A stretch of 38,667 bases of DNA. Origin: a virus. Lineage: Duplodnaviria; Caudoviricetes. A program made the translations under genes and the position numbers. Location: positions 1 through 38,667 of IMG/VR virus record IMGVR_UViG_3300043473_000126; one strand, 5' to 3'. Position 1 is the first letter of the stretch. Each line of letters opens with the position of its first letter. Positions 24,675 to 32,255 of this stretch are shown one piece after another. The notes under the pieces are model-generated. The model saw nothing but the letters and a program-made list of their open reading frames with translations. It was not told the DNA's origin and made no database searches.

Positions 24675-27019
24675 TAGTGCCTCGTAACTGGTTTCGGCTT
24701 CGCCGCAGCGGTAGCCTTCATGGTTTGGACCTTGACAGCGCCTTGCACCGCAGCTTGATGCGTCTTCATGCGGTGCTCGTCCATCATCTGTTGCATCTTG
24801 AACCCGTGTTCTTGACGCATCATCATCTGCTCCATCTGCATCTTCTGGAGTTCAAACTGGAGCTGCTGCTGGTTCTCCACGGAAGCGGCCTGCAGCTCCG
24901 CTTGCTTCTCCTGAATCTGCAGTTGCGCCTCCTGTTGCTTCATCTGCAGGTCCGCTTGCATCTCTTGCATCTTCATCTGATGCTCTTCCTGCATCATCTG
25001 CATTTCCATCTTGGCCTTCTCGGCCTCAGGGTCAGGCTTATCTTCGTGCGGGGGCGCCTTCAGCATGGCGTCCAGCTCCTTGTCGAGCATCCCCTCAATG
25101 TCTCGTGCACCCTTGAAGCCAGACACGGCCCATTTCAAGATACCCACGAACAAAGGCCCGGATTGGGGGGCTGACATGATCATGGGGCCGACTTTCTCGA
25201 GGTATCCGGACACAGAAGTCAGCATGTCTACTCGGTCCTGCTTCTCCATCGAGTAGTCGGTCTGCGCCAGTTGGTCGGAGGTAACCAGAATTCTCCATTC
25301 GAACCCCTCTTCGGACTGTAGAAGCTCGACGGCTTCCTGAGCCATCGCTGCGTCGTCCGTTCGCATGATGTTCGACTTGCGGATAAGTATCTCCGGGTCA
25401 AAGTGCTTGACCTGTATCTCGGCTTTAATCCGTAGGAGTTCAGAAGCAAATCGCGCAACCTCGTCCTGGGTGTCCTTGATGCGGACCGAGGCAAACTTTG
25501 CTTTGATTTCCTGAGCACCCAGCGTCTCAGATGCCTTCGAAGCACCCCGAACAATATCTGCAATGCCAGTAATTTCATAGATCTGGGCCTTAATCCCTTC
25601 CCGCGCTTCATAAAGACGCTGGAGAGCATTAACGATCTGTTCGAGGGGCAGCCAATCGACCTGACCCTTGACGCCACCCTTCTCTGCGAACATCGCCCAG
25701 TTCTCGACTGGGACCAAGACGTTGTCCACCCCCTCCTGGAGGAGGCGCTGAATACCGGTAGATGACTGGTCGTAGACGCCTGCGACCTTGCAGGCCTTGA
25801 CCAGGTTCGAGATTCTGTTGTTGACGTTGTCCAGTTCCTGATACTGGTCCTGCACCAGGTAGTAATCCGGCCTCGGAACTGTATTCGAGGTCGTAATATT
25901 GGCAAGAAGGGGCCGAGGGCACGGCTCGAAGCCGACCAGGTTCAGGAAATCGTCTTTCTCGTCGAGCAACCCCGGCAGATCTTTGCAAAACCAGATGATC
26001 TTACGATGAATCCTATCCCAGATCTCGTAGATCTTCGCTTGTTTTACAGCTTGGTTGACCGGAACAATACCACCAGGGTACGTGTTCAGGTTCAGGTTCA
26101 TTGGACGGTGGTTCAAAGGGATTTCTTTGCCCTTTTTCTCACCAAAGCGCTTGATGCACTGCGCTTGGTCCATGTACACGACGCGGCCGACCCAACGACG
26201 CTCTTCCCAGACCCTGCAGGGCGACCACAGGAAGTCCTCCCAGTACACGTAGTCAACTGCTACGCGCTGATCTGTGATCCGCTTGTACTTTAGAACGACC
26301 GGTGCTGGCGCAGCCGGCGGCTGTGGTACTGGTGGTCCAGGAGGAACGGCACCAGGAGGAACGGGACCTCCAGGAGGAGGACCACCAGGCATAGGAGGCT
26401 GCCCAGGAGGAGCCCCAGGCATAGGAGGAGCTGCGCCGGGAGCGGCCATTCCTTCGTCGGGGGCAGGTCCGGTCTTGAACCCGCTGAAGAGGGGGTCTTC
26501 GTGGTGGTCATGCGGCGGTTCCAGTCCCTCGCCTACCGATTGGATCCCTTCGAGGATGAGCTCTGTATCTTCTGTATCCGTTTCAAGACGGCACCACGCG
26601 ATCCCCAGACCAGATAGGAGTCTGTCCAGAGTAACGTGCCGCATGGTGGAGTCGAAGAGATCCCTGGGATCGTCTCCGTCGGGCATGATCGCGCGTTGGA
26701 GCATGATCGCGGCGACACGCCCGAGCTGGTCCTTGTAGTCAAGGTACTTCCTCTTCACTTCCGGCTTGGGAATCTGCGCATACAGCGCCGCCTTCATGAT
26801 CTTCGTGTTGGCGTAGAAGAGGTTGAACCACTTCTGGGGCGCGTCCATCGCGTCGCGCTCGTCGACGTACCGGCGAATGACCTTCCGGCCACGCTCGTGG
26901 AACTTCTTCAGTTCCTGCTCAGCGTAGTTTACCTCGGTCCGCCACAGCTCGTCAGGCGCGAGCTTGTTCGGATCGACGATCGTGGGGGACCCACTGTAAC
27001 TGCCGCCATCAATACTCAC
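24674..27019 (-). CDS. portal protein with Pro-rich insertion and Q/M-rich coiled-coil tail
   Basis: FNLFYAN...ALYAQIPKPEV, YEIWD, FEPCPRPL, IYEITGIADIVRGAS..SETLGAQ.IK; follows TerL. Confidence 0.88.
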   Translation of the reverse strand: MSIDGGSYSGSPTIVDPNKLAPDELWRTEVNYAEQELKKFHERGRKVIRRYVDERDAMDAPQKWFNLFYANTKIMKAALYAQIPKPEVKRKYLDYKDQLGRVAAIMLQRAIMPDGDDPRDLFDSTMRHVTLDRLLSGLGIAWCRLETDTEDTELILEGIQSVGEGLEPPHDHHEDPLFSGFKTGPAPDEGMAAPGAAPPMPGAPPGQPPMPGGPPPGGPVPPGAVPPGPPVPQPPAAPAPVVLKYKRITDQRVAVDYVYWEDFLWSPCRVWEERRWVGRVVYMDQAQCIKRFGEKKGKEIPLNHRPMNLNLNTYPGGIVPVNQAVKQAKIYEIWDRIHRKIIWFCKDLPGLLDEKDDFLNLVGFEPCPRPLLANITTSNTVPRPDYYLVQDQYQELDNVNNRISNLVKACKVAGVYDQSSTGIQRLLQEGVDNVLVPVENWAMFAEKGGVKGQVDWLPLEQIVNALQRLYEAREGIKAQIYEITGIADIVRGASKASETLGAQEIKAKFASVRIKDTQDEVARFASELLRIKAEIQVKHFDPEILIRKSNIMRTDDAAMAQEAVELLQSEEGFEWRILVTSDQLAQTDYSMEKQDRVDMLTSVSGYLEKVGPMIMSAPQSGPLFVGILKWAVSGFKGARDIEGMLDKELDAMLKAPPHEDKPDPEAEKAKMEMQMMQEEHQMKMQEMQADLQMKQQEAQLQIQEKQAELQAASVENQQQLQFELQKMQMEQMMMRQEHGFKMQQMMDEHRMKTHQAAVQGAVKVQTMKATAAAKPKPVTRH

Positions 27020-28359
27020 ATGACCCTCCGATCACCAAGCATGGCGAGCCTATCCTCATGGAGCCCCTCGAGATGAAAGGCATAGTGCATGCCCTGCTCT
27101 TTCACTCGACTCCGGTCAGACGTCTTCTTTTGCACAGATGCGTACTTCTTGTGTGCAACCACGCACATGTAACCGAATGCGTCTGCGTAGTCCGAGCACC
27201 AATCGTGGAGGGGTACGTCACTGAAGTTGAGATTCTTGTCGTCCCAGACGCGGCGATACCCCTTCAGTGCCTCAATGAGGTCCTCTGTCGAGAGCTGGTC
27301 AAACGCGACGAGGGGGAACAACTGCCGCGTGGCGGCAATGCGGTCTCGCACCTTGTGCGCAGGAACCAGTTCAGGTCTGATTCCTTCTTTAATGAACTGC
27401 TCCACCAGACTTCTACCAGTCTGGAGGTTCTTCGCTCTCGCATCGTGGGGCAGCCAGACGCTCCCCAGTTCTCCGGCGAATGAATGAAGCTTCTCGATGT
27501 GGTAGAAGATGTCCTTACCCTGGGTAGCTTCAACGTGGACAACGCGGACAGGCGACTTTCCAACAGCGTAAGAAGCTTCCTGCCAGAAGATACACACGGT
27601 AGCATCAGTGAAGCCAAGATCGAATACCACGTGTGTGGGTAGGTTCGGATCGTAAAGGCTCGCCTGAACTCGCTTAGTGAGGAAGACTTCATTGACTTCA
27701 TCCGCGTAGATGGCGCCCTTCAGGGCCGAGTCAAATGAGCAGAGGTACTCCTGGGCGAATTCCTCGGGGTCCATGTCCTTGCGAAGGTCTGCGAGCTCCT
27801 TCGGAGGAATGATGTCTGAGGTGTCTGCCCTCAGCTCGAGGTTGTACCAGGTGGGGTCGTTACGCGCGTCTTTGACGACGTCGTAGAACAGGTTCTTTCC
27901 GCGCGGGGTGGATGCAAAGACGAACCACCCATTACGGTCCGATAGTGTCGGCCGAATGACTTGTGGGAAGACGGACGGCCTAAACAGCGCGTACTCGTCA
28001 CCAACGCCTCCATCCAGGTACATTCCCCGGAGTGAATCAGCGTTGTCTGCGCCGAGGACATATAGCGTTCGGTCTCCATGCAGAGTCACCTTCAGCTCGG
28101 CCTCCTGCGGGGGCCTTGACATGTACGGTTCCGCGTAGTCCTTGAGGTACGTCCAGGCGACGCGCTTTGCTTGACTGTACGTGGGGCCAATGTACGCCAG
28201 TTGCGGCTTGTACAACTGGCACTCCAAGGCCCCGAACACCAGGTCATTCACCAGAGCGACGGTCTTCCCCGCGCGCCGATGAGTATTCAGCGCACCCCAC
28301 CGCTGAGTGCGGTTGTGGAAGGGAACGAACTGTTCCCGAGGTACGTACTTCAGGGCCAT
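27016..28359 (-). CDS. terL: terminase large subunit
   Basis: HRRAGKT Walker A, GADNADSLRG..LDG...DEY Walker B, STPRGKN, QEYLCSF, nuclease VFDLG...LPHD...SDYADAF. Confidence 0.93.
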   Translation of the reverse strand: MALKYVPREQFVPFHNRTQRWGALNTHRRAGKTVALVNDLVFGALECQLYKPQLAYIGPTYSQAKRVAWTYLKDYAEPYMSRPPQEAELKVTLHGDRTLYVLGADNADSLRGMYLDGGVGDEYALFRPSVFPQVIRPTLSDRNGWFVFASTPRGKNLFYDVVKDARNDPTWYNLELRADTSDIIPPKELADLRKDMDPEEFAQEYLCSFDSALKGAIYADEVNEVFLTKRVQASLYDPNLPTHVVFDLGFTDATVCIFWQEASYAVGKSPVRVVHVEATQGKDIFYHIEKLHSFAGELGSVWLPHDARAKNLQTGRSLVEQFIKEGIRPELVPAHKVRDRIAATRQLFPLVAFDQLSTEDLIEALKGYRRVWDDKNLNFSDVPLHDWCSDYADAFGYMCVVAHKKYASVQKKTSDRSRVKEQGMHYAFHLEGLHEDRLAMLGDRRVM

Positions 28360-28365
28360 CGTTGG

Positions 28366-28659
28366 CTACTTCTTCGCGGGGGCGTCCTTCTTCGACTCGA
28401 CCTTCGCTTCTTCCTTGACCTCGGCCTTCTTCTCTTCCTTGTACGTTGCTTCTTCCTTCGCCGTCGGCAGCATAGCCACGCGTGACGCCAAGATCGCGAG
28501 GTACCGCTGCATCACGGGGAGCTGTGCGTCCAAGTAGTCGCGTTCTGGCACCGAAACCACTTTCCAGTAGTCGGGGCTCGCCGCAAACGCAGCGAGCTTA
28601 TTGGTGCGTTCCTCGAGGTCCGCGTACTCCGCAAGCAGTCGATCTTGATAGCCTTCCAT
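28366..28659 (-). CDS. crAss001_48-like helical phage protein with Lys/Glu-rich tail
   Basis: YQDRLLAEYADLEERTNKLAAF...LDAQLPVMQRYLAILASR pattern. Confidence 0.7.
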   Translation of the reverse strand: MEGYQDRLLAEYADLEERTNKLAAFAASPDYWKVVSVPERDYLDAQLPVMQRYLAILASRVAMLPTAKEEATYKEEKKAEVKEEAKVESKKDAPAKK

Positions 28660-28660
28660 T

Positions 28661-29023
28661 TCACTCTCCTCTGACTTGCACGTCGACGACTTCGTTGTCG
28701 CCGTCGCGCTTGTAACTGAGCCGTGCGCCCGTCAACCAGGGCACGTCGATGATCACCCCATTCCCACCCTTTGGATCGTTAGCGGGGGGCAACAGTTTGC
28801 TGATCGCCTGCACGAAGACCCGGGCGTTCTGGTCGGACTTGCTTGCGAACTCGACGAGCCAGGGGGCACCCCCAAGGTTGTCGAATGCCTCACGGAACAC
28901 TTCCCGGAGCTGCTGAGTGACTCGGCGGGGGCTTGCCTCTTCCTGGAGGGACCCCGGCGGCGCTGAAAACCTGGGCGGTCCAGCTGGAATCAAGCTTGGG
29001 AGCAGTGACGGGGGCCTGTCCAT
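28661..29023 (-). CDS. putative terminase small subunit
   Basis: LREVFREAFDNLGG..WLVEFA...F...ISKLLP; first gene of the late operon, upstream of TerL. Confidence 0.7.
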   Translation of the reverse strand: MDRPPSLLPSLIPAGPPRFSAPPGSLQEEASPRRVTQQLREVFREAFDNLGGAPWLVEFASKSDQNARVFVQAISKLLPPANDPKGGNGVIIDVPWLTGARLSYKRDGDNEVVDVQVRGE

Positions 29024-29059
29024 GTTTGTAACGGAGTAGATTTAGGCGTACGTGCGACC

Positions 29060-29088
29060 ATTATACACGGTATTTTCGGACAGGGGAA
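29060..29088 (-). promoter_or_regulatory. late-operon promoter candidate
   Basis: - strand TTCCCC (29088-29083), 17 nt, TATAAT (29065-29060); same odd -35 as the + strand promoter family. Confidence 0.65.
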
Positions 29089-29092
29089 TGGC

Positions 29093-29159
29093 CCGAGGAC
29101 GTAACACTTTGTAACAGTCGTAACACTGGTAATAATTTCGGCCGAAAGTGCGTTATAAT
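29093..29159 (+). promoter_or_regulatory. promoter with tandem GTAAC boxes, divergent from the late promoter
   Basis: CCGAGGAC then GTAAC at 29101, 29111, 29120 and GTAAT at 29129; TGCGT-TATAAT at 29154-29159. Confidence 0.65.
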
Positions 29160-29178
29160 GGTATTTTACGGAGGCCAC

Positions 29179-29655
29179 ATGGCAACACAGAAGCAGATAG
29201 ACGCGTGCATCGAGTACATTTTGGAAAACAGCTTTGTTGTACAGGAAACTGGATGTTGGGTTTGGCAGAAATTCACAGACAAAGGCTACGGCTATGGTTA
29301 CGGGCGTGCAGAGGGCTTTGTAGAAAGGCTCGCGCATAGGCTTGCCTACGGAGTATTTGAGTTTTCGCAGCAGGGCGGGGAGCTGCCTGAGGGGGCCCGA
29401 CTGCGGCAGAAATGTAGGAACCATGCTTGTTGCAATCCGAAGCATCAGGACCTTAGTTTGCCACGGCCGAAAACGTGTATAAAGCCCCAAGAAAACGGGC
29501 CTGATGAAACGGCTAGGCCCCCCGGCCGAAATGCGGCCACGGCTGCCGACGTTTATTATAAGGCATCAATTTCGCACGGGCCGTCGGGCTCGTCCGACGA
29601 GCCGGGGTTGACTTGGGAAGAAGTGTTCGCGGCGTTCTTTACACGAGGTAAATGA
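29179..29655 (+). CDS. HNH/His-Cys-box nuclease-like protein, apparently degenerate
   Basis: GCWVW...GYG...LAHRLAY...LRQKCRNHACCNPKH; GGAGG RBS. Confidence 0.75.
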   Translation: MATQKQIDACIEYILENSFVVQETGCWVWQKFTDKGYGYGYGRAEGFVERLAHRLAYGVFEFSQQGGELPEGARLRQKCRNHACCNPKHQDLSLPRPKTCIKPQENGPDETARPPGRNAATAADVYYKASISHGPSGSSDEPGLTWEEVFAAFFTRGK

Positions 29656-29688
29656 CTGGTAGCGGAAATTGAAAAATTCTATGTGCGC

Positions 29689-29737
29689 GGTGGGGCCCCA
29701 CCAGCCCGACCCCCCAGTCTCCCTTTCCCTTTCTCGA
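29689..29737. other. candidate packaging/terminus signal: 14-bp palindrome + C-tract array
   Basis: GGTGGGGCCCCACC (29689-29702) then CCC/CCCCCC/CCC/CCC tracts, near terS at the start of the early region. Confidence 0.4.
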
Positions 29738-29887
29738 GTTACATTTGGTTGCATTCGTGACACTCTATTAACAATTGTAGAACACAGTTACAAATATTCA
29801 ATACATAATATCTTCATACTGTGAATAAACAAGTATGTCACTTGAATCACAGTATGAATGTGTAAAACTTGTAAAGATTGCAACATC

Positions 29888-30112
29888 ATGAACATTGGTC
29901 AATTCATTACTTACATGATCTTGAACAGCAACAAGAGCAACAGTGAGATTCTGCAACTTGTGCATGAAAAGTTTGAAGGTTGTAAAACTTCTGCAGCATG
30001 TGTTGCATGGTACAAGAGCAAGTTGAGGAAGGAAGGCAAGATTGAGAAGAGCAGAACACAGAAGTTCTCTGTTGCACTCAGTGAAGAAGAGTTGCAACAG
30101 CTGTGTGAGTAA
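29888..30112 (+). CDS. 74-aa protein, paralog A, encoded without CC or CG dinucleotides
   Basis: MNIGQFITYMILNSNKSNSEILQLVHEKFEGCKTSAACVAWYKSKLRKEG...; clear alignment to ORF 30345; own terminator. Confidence 0.85.
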   Translation: MNIGQFITYMILNSNKSNSEILQLVHEKFEGCKTSAACVAWYKSKLRKEGKIEKSRTQKFSVALSEEELQQLCE

Positions 30113-30120
30113 CAGATAGC

Positions 30121-30154
30121 AAAGAGTGCAACAGAAATGTTGCACTCTTTTTTT
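30121..30154 (+). terminator. intrinsic terminator lacking CC/GG/CG
   Basis: AAAGAGTGCAACA-GAAA-TGTTGCACTCTTT-TTTT, perfect 13-bp stem. Confidence 0.88.
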
Positions 30155-30235
30155 GACAGTTCAGGTTGGGCGGATTGGTCAGTCCCGGGATGAGGGACCC
30201 GGTGGGGCTCGTAGATCTTCGAACCCAGTTCAATT

Positions 30236-30283
30236 GCAACAGTTGTAATATGAATTCCCTTCGTTTGCCCAAAACGTTATAAT
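30236..30283 (+). promoter_or_regulatory. phage promoter family, copy upstream of paralog B
   Basis: GCAACAGTT-GTAATATGAA-TTCCCT(30255-30260)-17nt-TATAAT(30278-30283). Confidence 0.72.
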
Positions 30284-30344
30284 TGTTGTTGAAGCTGAGA
30301 ATACTCTCACTTCAACTGTGAATCAACTTGAATAGGGAAATGTC

Positions 30345-30743
30345 ATGAGCAAGAAGTACCAGGAACAACAAGCCCAGAACGAACTGCCGGAAGGGGGCGA
30401 TCAGGCGACCCAGAGCGATACGGGGGCCGATACCTCGGTCGAGCAGAGCACGGAGAGCGAAGTGCAAAGCTCGGAAGCCCCGGACGAAGTGCCAAGCACG
30501 GAGACCAAGGCGATCGGCATCGGCCAGTTCGTGCGGCATCTCTTGATGCACAGCACGAAGAGCAACTCGGAAATCCTCGAGCTGGTTCTCAAGACCTTCG
30601 AGGGCAGCAAGACGACGCCGGCGTGCATTGCGTGGTACAAGACGGACCTCCGGAAGAAGGGGCTGCTTGATGGCCTGAACCAGCGCGGCAAGAACAAGAC
30701 CGTGGCGTTCAGTGCCGAGGAGCTCGAGGCGCTCTGCAAGTAA
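30345..30743 (+). CDS. paralog B: acidic disordered N-terminus + shared helical domain
   Basis: GIGQFVRHLLMHSTKSNSEILELVLKTFEGSKTTPACIAWYKTDLRKKG...VAFSAEELEALCK; GC-rich codons. Confidence 0.88.
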   Translation: MSKKYQEQQAQNELPEGGDQATQSDTGADTSVEQSTESEVQSSEAPDEVPSTETKAIGIGQFVRHLLMHSTKSNSEILELVLKTFEGSKTTPACIAWYKTDLRKKGLLDGLNQRGKNKTVAFSAEELEALCK

Positions 30744-30746
30744 TTC

Positions 30747-30772
30747 AAGGCCCTCTTCGGAGGGCCTTTTTT
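30747..30772 (+). terminator. intrinsic terminator
   Basis: AAGGCCCTC-TTCG-GAGGGCCTT-TTTT. Confidence 0.9.
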
Positions 30773-30960
30773 ATACTTGTTCATTAATTGAAGAGTATAA
30801 AAAAGGTCAGCTGATACGACGAACAATGTGCGTGTGTGTCGGCCGTTATTGCACAAACACGTCGAATCTATCCTTTATATATTATACTGGTAACATTTTA
30901 AATTATTAACTTTAAATGTGATCACACACATCACACATACACAAAGTATATTGAACTCTG
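30765..30960. other. AT-rich non-coding region with inverted repeat and TGTG/CACA runs (origin candidate)
   Basis: CCTTTTTTATACT/AGTATAAAAAAGG 13-bp IR; AT tract ~30865-30920; CACACACATCACACATACACA. Confidence 0.35.
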
Positions 30961-31049
30961 CCGTTTTGGTTAGCACCCCCTAAATCGGGTGTTAACCAAT
31001 GCGGGCAAGGTGCCTAGCAGATAGCGCGACGCGCGAAGAGGAAAGCAAA

Positions 31050-31274
31050 ATGATTGATAAGCTACCGCAGAAGACATGGCAGGGCAAAGTCCCCGCAATG
31101 TGCGAGATGTCTGGTGAGGAGATCACAGATCGATTCATCGATGGATGCAATCGGGCAGGTCAATGGTGTATCATGTCCCCTACGGGCCACATGCAATATG
31201 GACGTGGTCTGGGCGTCGGTAAGGGCCAAGAGTACACGAAAGTGCACGGAAAGTGGGTGAAGACACGTGGATAA
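31050..31274 (+). CDS. conserved small phage protein
   Basis: FIDG...GQWCIM...GRGLGVGKGQEY motif; GAGGA RBS. Confidence 0.75.
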   Translation: MIDKLPQKTWQGKVPAMCEMSGEEITDRFIDGCNRAGQWCIMSPTGHMQYGRGLGVGKGQEYTKVHGKWVKTRG

Positions 31275-31446
31275 CCAAGAACAGTCGGCCCCCCTCAACG
31301 CGATGCAGAGCATCAAAGACGAAGGGTACAGAGCGCAAGCTCAAGGCAAGGTCATGAGCCTGGACAACCCGTACCGGCAGAGCGACCCAGCGCATTGGGC
31401 TTGGAGAAGCGGTTTTATCGAAGCATGGAGAGATGCAAATGGCTGA
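31267..31446 (+). CDS. Rmf/CrpP-fold-like small protein
   Basis: 59-aa GTG-start ORF with EGYRAQAQG...DNPY...WAWRSGFIEAW; overlaps both neighbours; not in the ORF track. Confidence 0.6.
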   Translation: MDNQEQSAPLNAMQSIKDEGYRAQAQGKVMSLDNPYRQSDPAHWAWRSGFIEAWRDANG

Positions 31447-31804
31447 TCACCCCCGCAAGCAACCGAACTGGATCGTCGGTAAGAACGGATGGTGGCAAGC
31501 TACGTCTGGTGAAGTCAAAGAGATGTTCGGTCTGAAGAAGACTGATCCCTGGCCAGATGCAGGGATGCCAAAGCGCGTAGTGCAAGGCTTCATTTGCTGG
31601 ATCGATCCGATCGCCCCCGTTCAGATCAACAAGAATGGTCGTGAATACAGGCCGTTTAGGATCAGGGCGCGGATGTTCTGCGGTATCTGCGGGGATGAGC
31701 AGCCGATCGGCAGGCAACAGCAGCATGCTCAGGTGCATATCGAAGAGGCCAAGCAGGAAGCCGCTCAGCACCGCTACGATACCACCCCCGCAAGTGAGGA
31801 GTAA
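31439..31804 (+). CDS. hypothetical protein with C2H2-like Zn motif
   Basis: CGIC...IGRQQQHAQVH; GGAGA RBS. Confidence 0.7.
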   Translation: MADHPRKQPNWIVGKNGWWQATSGEVKEMFGLKKTDPWPDAGMPKRVVQGFICWIDPIAPVQINKNGREYRPFRIRARMFCGICGDEQPIGRQQQHAQVHIEEAKQEAAQHRYDTTPASEE

Positions 31805-31850
31805 CGAGACGTAAAAAGATTTCCCTTGGAGCTCCTTGATGTGTTATAAT
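31796..31850 (+). promoter_or_regulatory. phage promoter family, copy 2
   Basis: GAGGAGTAACGAGACGTAAAAAGAT-TTCCCT-18nt-TATAAT(31845-31850). Confidence 0.8.
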
Positions 31851-31857
31851 ATATCTT

Positions 31858-32061
31858 ATGCCGCACATGGAGCTTCAAGTGAACCAAGTCAAACAGTCTA
31901 AACCTGTGTCCCAAATGAGTAAGATGGAGATGGAAGAGAAGATCAAGGGATACAAGTTTGTACTGTTCAAATTGCATAAGGAGATCTCGGAAAGAGACGA
32001 AGAGATAGCGAGACTTAATCAACTTCTAGAAAGGAAGAAGCGCAATGAGATTGGAACATGA
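31858..32061 (+). CDS. small coiled-coil protein (start uncertain)
   Basis: EISERDEEIARLNQLLE heptads; directly after the promoter. Confidence 0.55.
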   Translation: MPHMELQVNQVKQSKPVSQMSKMEMEEKIKGYKFVLFKLHKEISERDEEIARLNQLLERKKRNEIGT

Positions 32062-32254
32062 GTTCACCAAGAAGTCTATGATGAGTGGCAAGACGCACTC
32101 AGTCAAGATGATGGTCGACATGGACGACTATGCCGCATGGCAGAACGGCCAGTTGATTCAGAATGCCATGCCGTATCTGACCCCGGATGAACGGGAGTTC
32201 TTGATGACCGGCATCACCAAAGAGGAGTGGAACACGATGTTCCCCAAGGACTAA
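32045..32254 (+). CDS. conserved small phage protein
   Basis: WQNGQLIQNAMPYLTPDEREFLMTGIT.EEW..MF motif. Confidence 0.8.
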   Translation: MRLEHEFTKKSMMSGKTHSVKMMVDMDDYAAWQNGQLIQNAMPYLTPDEREFLMTGITKEEWNTMFPKD

Positions 32255-32255
32255 C

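Noticed and set aside
29101-29133. GTAAC repeats as a mini-CRISPR or iteron array
   Set aside because: Units are 5 bp with 4-5 bp spacing and recur at promoters, so they fit transcription-factor boxes better.
29761-29887. Specific sigma70 promoter for paralog A
   Set aside because: AT-rich with several partial -10 hexamers (e.g. CATAAT 29804-29809) but no convincing -35/-10 pair, so none was called.
29758-30163. Island as a recent horizontal acquisition from a low-GC organism
   Set aside because: Low GC alone does not explain zero CC and CG with GC steps retained, and the gene is a paralog of two native genes; kept only as a fallback explanation.
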